Shown here piece after piece: positions 28,464-36,878 of a stretch of 36,878 bases of DNA. The DNA is from Candidatus Hodarchaeota archaeon (GTDB taxonomy: Archaea > Asgardarchaeota > Heimdallarchaeia > Hodarchaeales > Hodarchaeaceae). Positions within the stretch are counted from its first letter, which is position 1; each line of letters starts with the position of its first letter. The stretch is taken from assembly GCA_029856365.1 (NCBI GenBank), contig JAHQWW010000026.1, positions 1 to 36,878 on the forward strand. Direction: 5' to 3'. The notes under the pieces are model-generated. The model saw only the letters and a program-made list of their open reading frames with translations, was not told the origin of the DNA and searched no databases. Both the position numbers and the translations under genes were made by a program.

Positions 28464-28763
28464 AAACTCTGCTTTATTCAGATTAAAAACCAGTTTAATC
28501 CACTCTAATTCCTGATATGGTCTTTATCAAACTTCAAAACCAATCATATCTTTTAGTTTTAGACTCTTTCCTAAGAATTTATTAAAACAGTTACGGTTTC
28601 TTTCGCTTCGGATCAACATCCGTAACATGACTTATTCCCTGAATTTTTACGCGAGATAATCCAATCCCACAGAGCTATGTAGTAATGAGGTAGTAGTGAA
28701 TGATAACAATATTAATCCTTAGAGAGATATATTTACAAGAGGGAGCAATATTGCCATTAAACA

Positions 28764-29363
28764 ATGACATTTAATGATTATTCTCATCTATTTGAGGCTT
28801 TAAGTAGTGAACGTCGAAGGGAATTATTTGACTTCATATCAAAATATTATTTTGTATCAAAAAATGATTTAGCAATTAAGTTTAATATGAAACGAGCAAC
28901 TTTGAATCATCATTTGGACAGTTTGACGAGAGCAGGATTAATTCATGAAGTATCATTAATTCTAGATGGAAGAAATCATACATTCATTATTCCAGCGGTA
29001 AAGATTTTCCCAGAAAGGTTAATAGAAGATCAAAAGGATACACAAACATTATTGAAACAATTAAGAATCTGGACGAATCAAAATTTAAATTTAAATAATT
29101 GGAACATCTTACGTGAAAGTTTAAACAATCTAGATATTCCTGAAGATATTCTCAATTCAGTAGAATTTCGCTTGTTTCCTTTAATTGGTACAAGAGTCTC
29201 TATTGAAACAAATTATTGTTTTATCTGCAGAGCTAATAAAGCCCAAATGGCTTGTTTTGCTTGTAAAAATCTAATATGCAAAGTTCATAGTTATGATATC
29301 GACCGTGAAGAGCTCGGTACTGTTAATCTATGTCCTAATTGTGTAAACAAATTTTTCGGATAA
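28764..29363 (+). CDS. ArsR-like winged HTH fused to C-terminal Cys/His zinc finger
   Basis: LFEALSSERRRELF...RATLNHHLDSLTRAGLI and CFIC...CFAC...CKVH...CPNC. Confidence 0.85.
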   Translation: MTFNDYSHLFEALSSERRRELFDFISKYYFVSKNDLAIKFNMKRATLNHHLDSLTRAGLIHEVSLILDGRNHTFIIPAVKIFPERLIEDQKDTQTLLKQLRIWTNQNLNLNNWNILRESLNNLDIPEDILNSVEFRLFPLIGTRVSIETNYCFICRANKAQMACFACKNLICKVHSYDIDREELGTVNLCPNCVNKFFG

Positions 29364-29383
29364 AAAAAAGAAAGAAAGAGGGA

Positions 29384-31783
29384 TTATCCAATGATTCGGC
29401 TCACAGTCTCTTCGGAAATAGATGTACGGAATAGAGATCGGAGTGAAAGGTAAGCTGCTAAGATTACACCTAGAAAAACATTTAGTACTGACAAACCTAT
29501 ACTAAATGGAGTGATTTGTATAACAAATACAACTCCAAATTCGGCTGCCCACTCAAAGATAAGGATTGCCAATGCACCACCGGTAATAAATCCAATGAGA
29601 ATACCACTAACGCTAGCAATAACCAACTCTAGTAGTACTGTGCCAAAGATCTCCCGATTAGAAACTCCTAATGCTCTAAAATTCACAAAATCATATTTTC
29701 TTTCCGAAATAGAAATAGAAACAACCGAGACAGCAATAGCTACTCCTACAATTAAGCCTGCAGACATTGCTGCTAGCATGAAGGCATACCCTACCATCAT
29801 TGCTTCTCGTACTGATTTCGCTAGTTCACTTTTAATGATTACATCTTGGACATTAGGATTCTCACCCAGTGCCTTTTCTATTTGATCTGAATCTTCTAGC
29901 TGTTCTGTATGAATGTAGATACCATTAGCATAGTTTGTTTCAGTTATCCCTGCTAACCATCGTGCAGTGTCAATCGAAGTATATAGTCCACCACCAGTGA
30001 ATTCGTTAAGTATGTTCTCAACCTCTAAAGCTCTGTTATTTCCCTGAAGATCAATTACTGCAAGTAAGTCACCCTTTTTTAAACTAAACTTAATAGCTAG
30101 ATCTTTCGTAATCACGACTTTCTGATATCCTGGAACTCCTCCAGTGTCGAAATTACGACTGATTGTTGATTCGTTAAGACCTGTAATAACATAATTTTGA
30201 GTCATGTCAAGTTTTAATCTGATAGGTACCAAAACAAACGGTTCATAATGTTTCCATGTGAGATTCTCAAGCATTGTTGCTATCTGTGATGAGTTTTGGT
30301 AGTTGTTGAGGGTAATCTGCATGTCCCATGCTTCATAAAATTGAAATTGCTTGTCAATTCCAGTTGTAAAACTTGTACCTGTCGTGGAACCGAAGAAAGA
30401 GATGGACATTGCCAGAATGATTCCAAAAATTATGAATAATGCTTTTCGCTTCTCTTGGAAGACCGATCGAATTGAAAATTTTGTCAATGGTGAAAGTGAT
30501 TTAATTTTTAATAACATCCGTTCTAAATATACTGGACAAGCTGGTTTGAACATTGCTTGAGGTCGCATTGCTTCGATTGGAGCCATTCGTAGAATTCTCT
30601 GAACAGCTAGGAGAGAACCTGCTGTTGTAAAGAAAAATATTAGACAAATAAATCCGACAGTAGGGAACAATAGGAGTATAGAAGAAATAGAGGTCACATT
30701 AGGTAATTTCTTTATTCCTACTAGTTCAATATAGAAATCTCCAAGACTAAGACCAGATATTAAACCTAAAGATATTCCGATAGATCCCCCTATCAGACCT
30801 ATTAACCACGCATATACTATGGTACCTGTGGCTATTTCACGATTTGAAAACCCTAATGCTTTAAAAATACCCAGTGTAGTGATTTCTTCTTCAAGGATTC
30901 GCTTTAGGACAATGAATAGCATTATTCCAACAATAATTGCAAAAACAAATGATAAAATAAGACCCATGCCTGAAAAAGTTGGTGCAATACTTAATAAGAA
31001 GGCATCCCGACCGCTATATTGAAGCACAGATTCAATTCCATACTCCTGACTCATCACAGTTAAGAATTCTTCCAAAAAATGATTACTCATGGATGGGTCA
31101 TTGAAATAAAGGGCAATCTGATTGACTTGATTTGAGCTGTTCATATGAGATTCCCAATCTTGTTGTTTCATCCAAATCACAGGGCCATCCCAAGAGCTTC
31201 CATAAAATTCAGTTACAATACCAGGTGATAACATAAATTCTGGCGAATCAACCATAGCGATGACTGTTAGATTCAATATCCCTGAAGGAGTGAGTACTTT
31301 CAATTCGTCATTGATCTCCCAACCTTGGAGTTCGGCAGTAACCTTCTCAACAACGGCAACATTAGGATCAGTTGAATTATTGAGAGTACTGATGTATGGT
31401 TCATGATAGTATAACTTATCAACAAGTAATTCTTCATTTCTAACAGCGTATAAATGTGTATTAACCTGAGACTCAATTCCAGACTCAGTAACTTGTAATT
31501 CACGGAAATCTCGAAATTCAAACTCAAAATCGATATCTAGTTCTTCTTTAACTTGATTAACTAGTAGTGTTAGGTTAGATTTATCCATTTGCTCAGTTGT
31601 TATCAACAGATGGTGATATCTTTGGCCGATCCAGGAGGCATTCTCGACTTCAAGCCAATTGAAGTATAATGCTGAGTAAAGGATAGTAATAATGCAGCCA
31701 ATGGTGATGACTATGATGATGGGGATGGATCGGAGCTTCTTACTTTTTACATCACGCCAGGCTTTACGAATGAACAGTTTCAT
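29384..31783 (-). CDS. FtsX/MacB-like ABC permease (duplicated, 8 TM)
   Basis: Two FtsX domains (EITTLGIFKALGFSNREI and ERKYDFVNFRALGVSNREI). Start likely ATG 31783 (MKLFIRKAWRD) after GGGTGA. Confidence 0.92.
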   Translation of the reverse strand: MKLFIRKAWRDVKSKKLRSIPIIIVITIGCIITILYSALYFNWLEVENASWIGQRYHHLLITTEQMDKSNLTLLVNQVKEELDIDFEFEFRDFRELQVTESGIESQVNTHLYAVRNEELLVDKLYYHEPYISTLNNSTDPNVAVVEKVTAELQGWEINDELKVLTPSGILNLTVIAMVDSPEFMLSPGIVTEFYGSSWDGPVIWMKQQDWESHMNSSNQVNQIALYFNDPSMSNHFLEEFLTVMSQEYGIESVLQYSGRDAFLLSIAPTFSGMGLILSFVFAIIVGIMLFIVLKRILEEEITTLGIFKALGFSNREIATGTIVYAWLIGLIGGSIGISLGLISGLSLGDFYIELVGIKKLPNVTSISSILLLFPTVGFICLIFFFTTAGSLLAVQRILRMAPIEAMRPQAMFKPACPVYLERMLLKIKSLSPLTKFSIRSVFQEKRKALFIIFGIILAMSISFFGSTTGTSFTTGIDKQFQFYEAWDMQITLNNYQNSSQIATMLENLTWKHYEPFVLVPIRLKLDMTQNYVITGLNESTISRNFDTGGVPGYQKVVITKDLAIKFSLKKGDLLAVIDLQGNNRALEVENILNEFTGGGLYTSIDTARWLAGITETNYANGIYIHTEQLEDSDQIEKALGENPNVQDVIIKSELAKSVREAMMVGYAFMLAAMSAGLIVGVAIAVSVVSISISERKYDFVNFRALGVSNREIFGTVLLELVIASVSGILIGFITGGALAILIFEWAAEFGVVFVIQITPFSIGLSVLNVFLGVILAAYLSLRSLFRTSISEETVSRIIG

Positions 31784-31787
31784 GTCA

Positions 31788-32543
31788 TCACCCAGTTGTA
31801 TCAATAGGAGGAACTATAGTGAGTTCCTCCCAGAACTCTTTTTCTTTAGCTGGATCATATTTTGAGGTTCCAAAGATTTTTCCATCACGAAGGTAAATAA
31901 CTCGATCAGCAAGAGTAGAGATCCCCACATTATGAGTAACGAGGATAATTGTGACTCTATGATTCTCATTAACCCGCTGAAGTAGTTTCAATATTTTTCC
32001 TGTTGTTTCGCTGTCTATATTTCCTGTTGGCTCGTCAGCTAATAGGATCCTAGGTTTTTTAGCTAATGCTCTTGCAATGGCTACCCGCTGTTGTTCACCA
32101 CCACTAAGCTGTGCAGGAAATTTGTTGATTTTATCTCCTAAACCTACTTCTTCTAGTAATTCTTTCGTAATTGTCCGTGCCTCATCCGAGGGACTAGTGA
32201 GCTTAGCTGCTAGTTCCACATTCTCAAATGCAGTAAGAGATGCAACTAGATTATAGAACTGGAAAATGAATCCCACATTGAGTCGTCGATATTTCGTTAA
32301 GTTCTTTTCATTGAGAGAAGTTAAATCAGCTTTTTCTCCATTTTTATCAAAGGATATTTTCCCTGTTGTTGAACGATCAATCCCTCCAATAATGTTAAGT
32401 AAAGTTGTCTTTCCAGAACCAGATGGCCCTAAAACAGCAATGAATTGCCCTTGTTCTATAGTAAGAGTTATCCCGCTCAATGCAGGGACGATCAATTCAC
32501 CCATCTTATAGTCCTTAGTCAAATCTTGTATCGTTAAAGTCAT
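31788..32543 (-). CDS. LolD/MacB-like ABC ATP-binding protein
   Basis: [46 protein letters not shown]. Confidence 0.95.
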   Translation of the reverse strand: MTLTIQDLTKDYKMGELIVPALSGITLTIEQGQFIAVLGPSGSGKTTLLNIIGGIDRSTTGKISFDKNGEKADLTSLNEKNLTKYRRLNVGFIFQFYNLVASLTAFENVELAAKLTSPSDEARTITKELLEEVGLGDKINKFPAQLSGGEQQRVAIARALAKKPRILLADEPTGNIDSETTGKILKLLQRVNENHRVTIILVTHNVGISTLADRVIYLRDGKIFGTSKYDPAKEKEFWEELTIVPPIDTTG

Positions 32544-32589
32544 TTTCTACACCAAATCGGATAAAACGATCAACGGATATAATAGACTC

Positions 32590-32612
32590 AGGTAAAGAAA
32601 ATTTCTTTACCT
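32590..32612. promoter_or_regulatory. Perfect 23-bp palindrome upstream of ABC operon, candidate operator
   Basis: AGGTAAAGAAA-A-TTTCTTTACCT, 46 nt upstream of the ATPase start and about 24 nt downstream of a minus-strand TTTAAA box. Confidence 0.65.
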
Positions 32613-32768
32613 TTGTTTTTGTATAGTTATATGTGTTTAAACTTTTTATTCGAAGATGATTTATACCAAAAAAAGCAAATCATCAAAGGATTTCAATTTC
32701 ATTTGACGATAAAGAAGTATTAATAGAGTATGATTCAGCTGATGCTGAAAAAACAGGGAAAAGTTCCG

Positions 32769-33692
32769 TCATTTTTTTTGGTGCGTTTCAAGGAGTTCAT
32801 CAGTAAAATCAGGATAATAACGGATACTACCTCCAACTAGATGGGATGTTGTTTGTATATCTGGCACCTTACTCAGAACATCTTCTTGTATAGATTTTAC
32901 TTCATCTACGTTTTCAGCTTGGAAAGCAAGAATAATAATTGGTCGGTCAACAACCTGCCAACTAACCCAAAAATGATCTGGTCTAGTTCTTCGGATCTCA
33001 TTATCAATGCTTACACGATTCTGTCGTGTCAATTTATTGAGTTCAACCAAAATAAGAACCATCATTCCTCTTGAAATCTTCCCAGGATTTAACTGAATGG
33101 TTAATCTTATCATGTTTCGTTCTTGTAATGATTTAAGTCTCTTTCTAATTGTTTTTACACTAATATGGGTCTTCTTGGATAACTCACTTAAAGTGATTCT
33201 CCCATTCTCTCGCAAATGCGAGAGTATAGACCAATCTAATCTCTTAATGTCGCTCAATGTTCCCATGGGAGACAACTGGTCGGCTGTCAACGGTAATAGT
33301 ACTGGAAAGATGGAGACTTCTCTTATTTTATCAACAGAATGAAAAACATCCGAGAGAAGACTTATTTCTGTATGATTTCTATAAAAGCCAATAGCGAATC
33401 CTGCCTCAACTCCAGCTCCGATACCTGTTACTAATGGATGCATTCCTAGTTGATTTATCAGGTTTTCACTAGGTTGATTGTGAAATTTAAATAAAATAAG
33501 TACTGTATTAGCGTTCATAAGGGAGGGATTGAATTCAAAAGTAAATCTTTCAATGATTCCTTTCTCTTCCAAAATACGAACTCTATTTTTTATTGTGTTT
33601 GCGCTTACATTATGTTTTTGGGCTAGATGAGAGTATGAAATACGACAATCATTACTTAACTCCATTAAGATTTGTTTATCCAAGAGATCCAT
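32769..33692 (-). CDS. Tandem (double) Lrp/AsnC family regulator
   Basis: Two HTH-RAM units: MDLLDKQILMELSNDCRISY and LDWSILSHLRENGRITL. Confidence 0.9.
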   Translation of the reverse strand: MDLLDKQILMELSNDCRISYSHLAQKHNVSANTIKNRVRILEEKGIIERFTFEFNPSLMNANTVLILFKFHNQPSENLINQLGMHPLVTGIGAGVEAGFAIGFYRNHTEISLLSDVFHSVDKIREVSIFPVLLPLTADQLSPMGTLSDIKRLDWSILSHLRENGRITLSELSKKTHISVKTIRKRLKSLQERNMIRLTIQLNPGKISRGMMVLILVELNKLTRQNRVSIDNEIRRTRPDHFWVSWQVVDRPIIILAFQAENVDEVKSIQEDVLSKVPDIQTTSHLVGGSIRYYPDFTDELLETHQKK

Positions 33693-33862
33693 CTATCTGA
33701 CCCCATTTTTGGGATCTATCTGGTTTGAAAATGAAAATTTCTTTTCAGAATCGGGAACATGGAGTAAAAATTCTTCCCTTTTTACGCAACATTGCTTTAC
33801 CAAAGTTACTTTAAATTCTATTTCCAAGTAGTACTTACTCCAAAAAGTAAGGTGAAAAAAAA

Positions 33863-34291
33863 ATGATTTTCTTATGGAATATAAAGACAATTTTCGTTGG
33901 TTTCCTCTTTGGGATAGGAATGGCTCTAGGATTATTTCTCATTGCAGAGAAATTGATAGTTGAAATGCAGCTAGATGACCCTGATGATGAGTTTATCAAT
34001 TCTGATAGTTTTAAATATTTGATGAAGTACATTATGCCACTTGTTATTATCATTGGGTCATCAATAGTGATTGGGCCTATATTTGTTTGGGGATACAATT
34101 ATTTGATGGATAGTGAGGTGGTTTTAGGACTGGATTCTCAAATTTTCTACATTTTTGCCATCTTAACGTTTTCTTTAATACTGGATATTGCAGTTTTTGC
34201 TTCTAGAACTCCTTTTCCATTATTTAAATTGGCTGCGAATACTTGGATGTTTCTAATCCTTGGTTTATTCCTTCATTTGATGATGCAATAA
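33863..34291 (+). CDS. 4-TM membrane protein
   Basis: AGGTGA RBS, four hydrophobic segments. Confidence 0.7.
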   Translation: MIFLWNIKTIFVGFLFGIGMALGLFLIAEKLIVEMQLDDPDDEFINSDSFKYLMKYIMPLVIIIGSSIVIGPIFVWGYNYLMDSEVVLGLDSQIFYIFAILTFSLILDIAVFASRTPFPLFKLAANTWMFLILGLFLHLMMQ

Positions 34292-34378
34292 ACTAAAGTT
34301 TTTTTCATTTTTTTAATAAAATTCACAAAAGCAAATATTTTAAATTCTTAGGCTAAAAGAAGTCGGTGAGGAAACTTC

Positions 34379-35305
34379 ATGCAATTCGGCGCTCTATCAG
34401 AAATAGGTAAATTGAGTATTGTTTTGATGCACAGACCAGGAAGGGAAATCTCTGTTGTTAAACCTAATAACTTATCTTATTACGGATTTAGAGCTGTTCC
34501 AGATTTGGAAAATTTGCAAAGAGAATTTGATAACCTTGTTAAATCTTTAGAAAGCGAAGGTGTGGAGGTTATTTTGCTTAATGATATCACAAATAACCTT
34601 GATGGAATACATTCTCTACCAAATCTGTATTTCACACGTGATATTCTTTCTGTCACAGATATTGGACTAATTGTGATGAATATGGGAATTGCTGGAAGAC
34701 TAAGTGAACCATTCATTGCCAAACAAGCATTGGAACAGCAAATACCTGTAGCTGCTGAAATCTCTTCTCCTGGTCAATTGGAAGGAGGTGATTTTGTGTA
34801 CTTAAATGAACGTACTCTTGCAGTGGGTTATGGCCCTAGGACAAATAAAGAAGGCCTAACCCAACTCATTCAAGGCCTAAGGAGTTCTCTGATTGAAGAA
34901 ATCATAAGTATCCCGTTACCTCCTAATTTGATCCACTTAGATCAGATATTCTCTGTTATAGCATCCAAAATGTGTATAGTACACGAACCATCATTGAAGT
35001 TTGGTCTAGCTCACATTAATCGAAGAGAGGAGGAGAAAAAAGAGCTATTCTTTTCCTACCTCAAGAAGAAAAAGTTCGAGATGATCTCAGTGAACACTGA
35101 AGAAGTCATGCAATTTGGAGCGAATGTCTGTGCTTTGGAACCAAAAAAAATAGTAATATATAAATGGAACAAGCGTATTATCACAGAGCTTGAGGAGAGA
35201 GGAATTGATGTTATTCCTATTCAGGGTACCGAACTAGTTAAAGGCGGAGGTGGGCCTCATTGTATGACTTGTCCTATACTCCGAGATTCATCATCTAATT
35301 TTTAA
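34379..35305 (+). CDS. Amidinotransferase superfamily enzyme (arginine deiminase/DDAH-like)
   Basis: HRPGRE, NLYFTRD, LEGGD, HLD and GGGPHCMTCP catalytic motifs. Confidence 0.9.
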   Translation: MQFGALSEIGKLSIVLMHRPGREISVVKPNNLSYYGFRAVPDLENLQREFDNLVKSLESEGVEVILLNDITNNLDGIHSLPNLYFTRDILSVTDIGLIVMNMGIAGRLSEPFIAKQALEQQIPVAAEISSPGQLEGGDFVYLNERTLAVGYGPRTNKEGLTQLIQGLRSSLIEEIISIPLPPNLIHLDQIFSVIASKMCIVHEPSLKFGLAHINRREEEKKELFFSYLKKKKFEMISVNTEEVMQFGANVCALEPKKIVIYKWNKRIITELEERGIDVIPIQGTELVKGGGGPHCMTCPILRDSSSNF

Positions 35306-35353
35306 TTTTTTTGACAATCCGATTACTGATTAAAATAAATTGAATATACATTC

Positions 35354-36878
35354 TTATTTAGATGAAGAAGATCGATGTCGTACTAATCTTCTTGTAATAA
35401 GTATCAAACCAATTGATCCAAAGAGAGTACCTAAAACTAATCCGATATTTAGTTCTCCCAGTGGTGTTATTCCATGAGTATCCTCTGATACATCAGTTAA
35501 CGATTCGCTTTCAACACTAGATAATTCTTGTTGGTTAGAAGTTTGTTCTGAAGAGATTTCTGTGGTTTCTTTCTCATAAGTAAAAAATACAAATTGAGTA
35601 CTAACCCAGTTCCCTGCTGTGTCGTTAGCATATACATATAATACATGTTGACCATCTCCCTCTGGTATAAGTGTTTCAAATGAAATCCATGTGACATTTT
35701 GACATCCGTCCCAATTGTAAACAACTCTATCAAGATGAGAATCGTTAAGTTCTAGAGTGATTAATGTACCTAAAGGCAATACACTCATGTTTTGGTATTC
35801 TAATAACGTAATTCTTGGTTCAATGTCGTCTGTTATGAAAATGAACACATTATTTGTCCAATGACCAAAACTATCATTAGCAAAAATATAGAGAGTATGA
35901 TGACCCTCATCATCAGGCAATATAACTGTATTAGAAGAGATTAAAGAACTATTCTGAGTTTTATCCCAGTTGTAGAGTACAGTATCAAGATTTATATCAG
36001 TTACATTTAATTTAATTTCAAAACCAGATGTTAATACACTATAATTTTCTGGAATCAAAAGAGAAATTTTTGGTGGAAAATTGTCTGTAAATGCCTCAAC
36101 TGTGAAAGTTATTGAAACGTGAACTTTATTCCCAGCTGAATCATTCCCATATGCGTGTAGTGTGTAAGTACCATTATCAAGGACATAATATATAGGACTA
36201 GTGTCAACACTCCATGTTCGGTTCTTAGTATCAATATTATTGATATAATACCAGATATAATCAGCGTTACCTGACAAAGAGATCATTATTATATCAGTTG
36301 AGTAGGTTTCATTTGTTGGAGACTCAATAGTGACTAGGGGTAGTGTGGTGTCAACTGTAAACCATTCTTGACCATAGGCTTTATTTCCCACACTATCATT
36401 GAAAAAGACTTGTACAGAATAACTGCCATCTAGCCATGTTAATCCTTCTACTACCCACCTTTATTTATCAGAATCAAATAACAGGGTATAATTATTTGAC
36501 CAGGATCCATTCATATACCTGTACCAAGCAGTATGAACAACACTTGAATTTAATGCATAAATCGATATTTCAGAATTTGAATAAGTGCTATTTGTTGGTG
36601 AATTAATAGTAACTATAGGTGGCGTTGTATCTATAAAAATAACTACCAGATCAGCTTTACTTTGATTTTTTTCGTCAAATGCGACAATTCTGTAACAATG
36701 CCATCCCTCAGGTTGATCATTTAATGTTAAGCTTGTTTCTGTTGTTGTTTCTAGATAGATTCCATCTCTAAATATTGCATACTTCTCTATTCCATAATCA
36801 TCATTCCCAGTCCATGAAAACGATGGATTCTCATTTGTTGTCGATCCATTTGTTGGATTTTTTGCAGAAGTGCTTGAA
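35354..36878 (-). pseudogene. Ig-like repeat cell-surface glycoprotein with C-terminal TM anchor, split by in-frame TAA (36461-36463); 5' end outside the window
   Basis: One frame from the window edge: ...IDTTPPIVTINSPTN...LFDSDK*RWVVEGLTWLDGSYSVQVFFNDSVGNK, continuing into the tracked 345-aa ORF. Repeated DxxxP.V/I....P.N and G.Y/H.L.vyANDsaGN modules, Ser/Thr/Glu linker, TM, basic tail. Confidence 0.8.

Noticed and set aside
721-35733. Remaining small ORFs nested in or antisense to called genes (e.g. 721-918, 12832-13226, 18964-19158, 22670-23784, 29511-31527, 32266-33342, 33835-34098, 34480-34722)
   Set aside because: Shadow ORFs of well-supported genes with no independent signals.
1-36878. 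Alternative genetic code (TGA=Trp or TAA=Gln)
   Set aside because: TGA and TAA terminate many intact genes at their expected C-termini, including ATGA overlaps, and TGG is used normally for Trp.
1-36878. CRISPR array, tRNA/rRNA, transposase or integrase
   Set aside because: No regularly spaced repeats, cloverleaf/rRNA signatures or recombinase motifs seen by eye.

Overview
AT-rich archaeal chromosomal segment, most likely from an Asgard archaeon (Heimdallarchaeia/Hodarchaeales-like). This assignment is inferred from a stand-alone gelsolin-domain protein, a membrane protein with a cytoplasmic uDENN/longin-like domain, TTTATATAA-type TATA boxes, GGTGA/GGAGG ribosome-binding sites, frequent TTG/GTG starts and a PGF-CTERM-like anchor. 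It is an accessory region with about 35 genes and no rRNA, tRNA, CRISPR array or transposase that I could recognise. It holds Lrp/AsnC, ArsR, TrmB-like and MarR-like regulators, a REC-PAS-histidine kinase, two ABC exporter operons, small enzymes, membrane proteins, a TPR protein and two large surface proteins. Main highlights: (1) a TIGR03916-type radical SAM-HhH plus DUF4130 two-gene operon in which both proteins end in PCNA-interacting (PIP-box) type motifs and no uracil-DNA glycosylase gene is adjacent, suggesting a sliding-clamp-tethered DNA modification/repair module; (2) a 1283-aa receptor-like protein (DUF2341-LamG-Ig repeats-TM) with an intracellular folliculin/SMCR8-like uDENN domain; (3) five loci broken by in-frame stop codons with the frame preserved; (4) a probable ATT-initiated hydrolase; (5) a candidate three-way-junction RNA and several perfect palindromes. 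All family calls come from motif recognition by eye; no searches were run.
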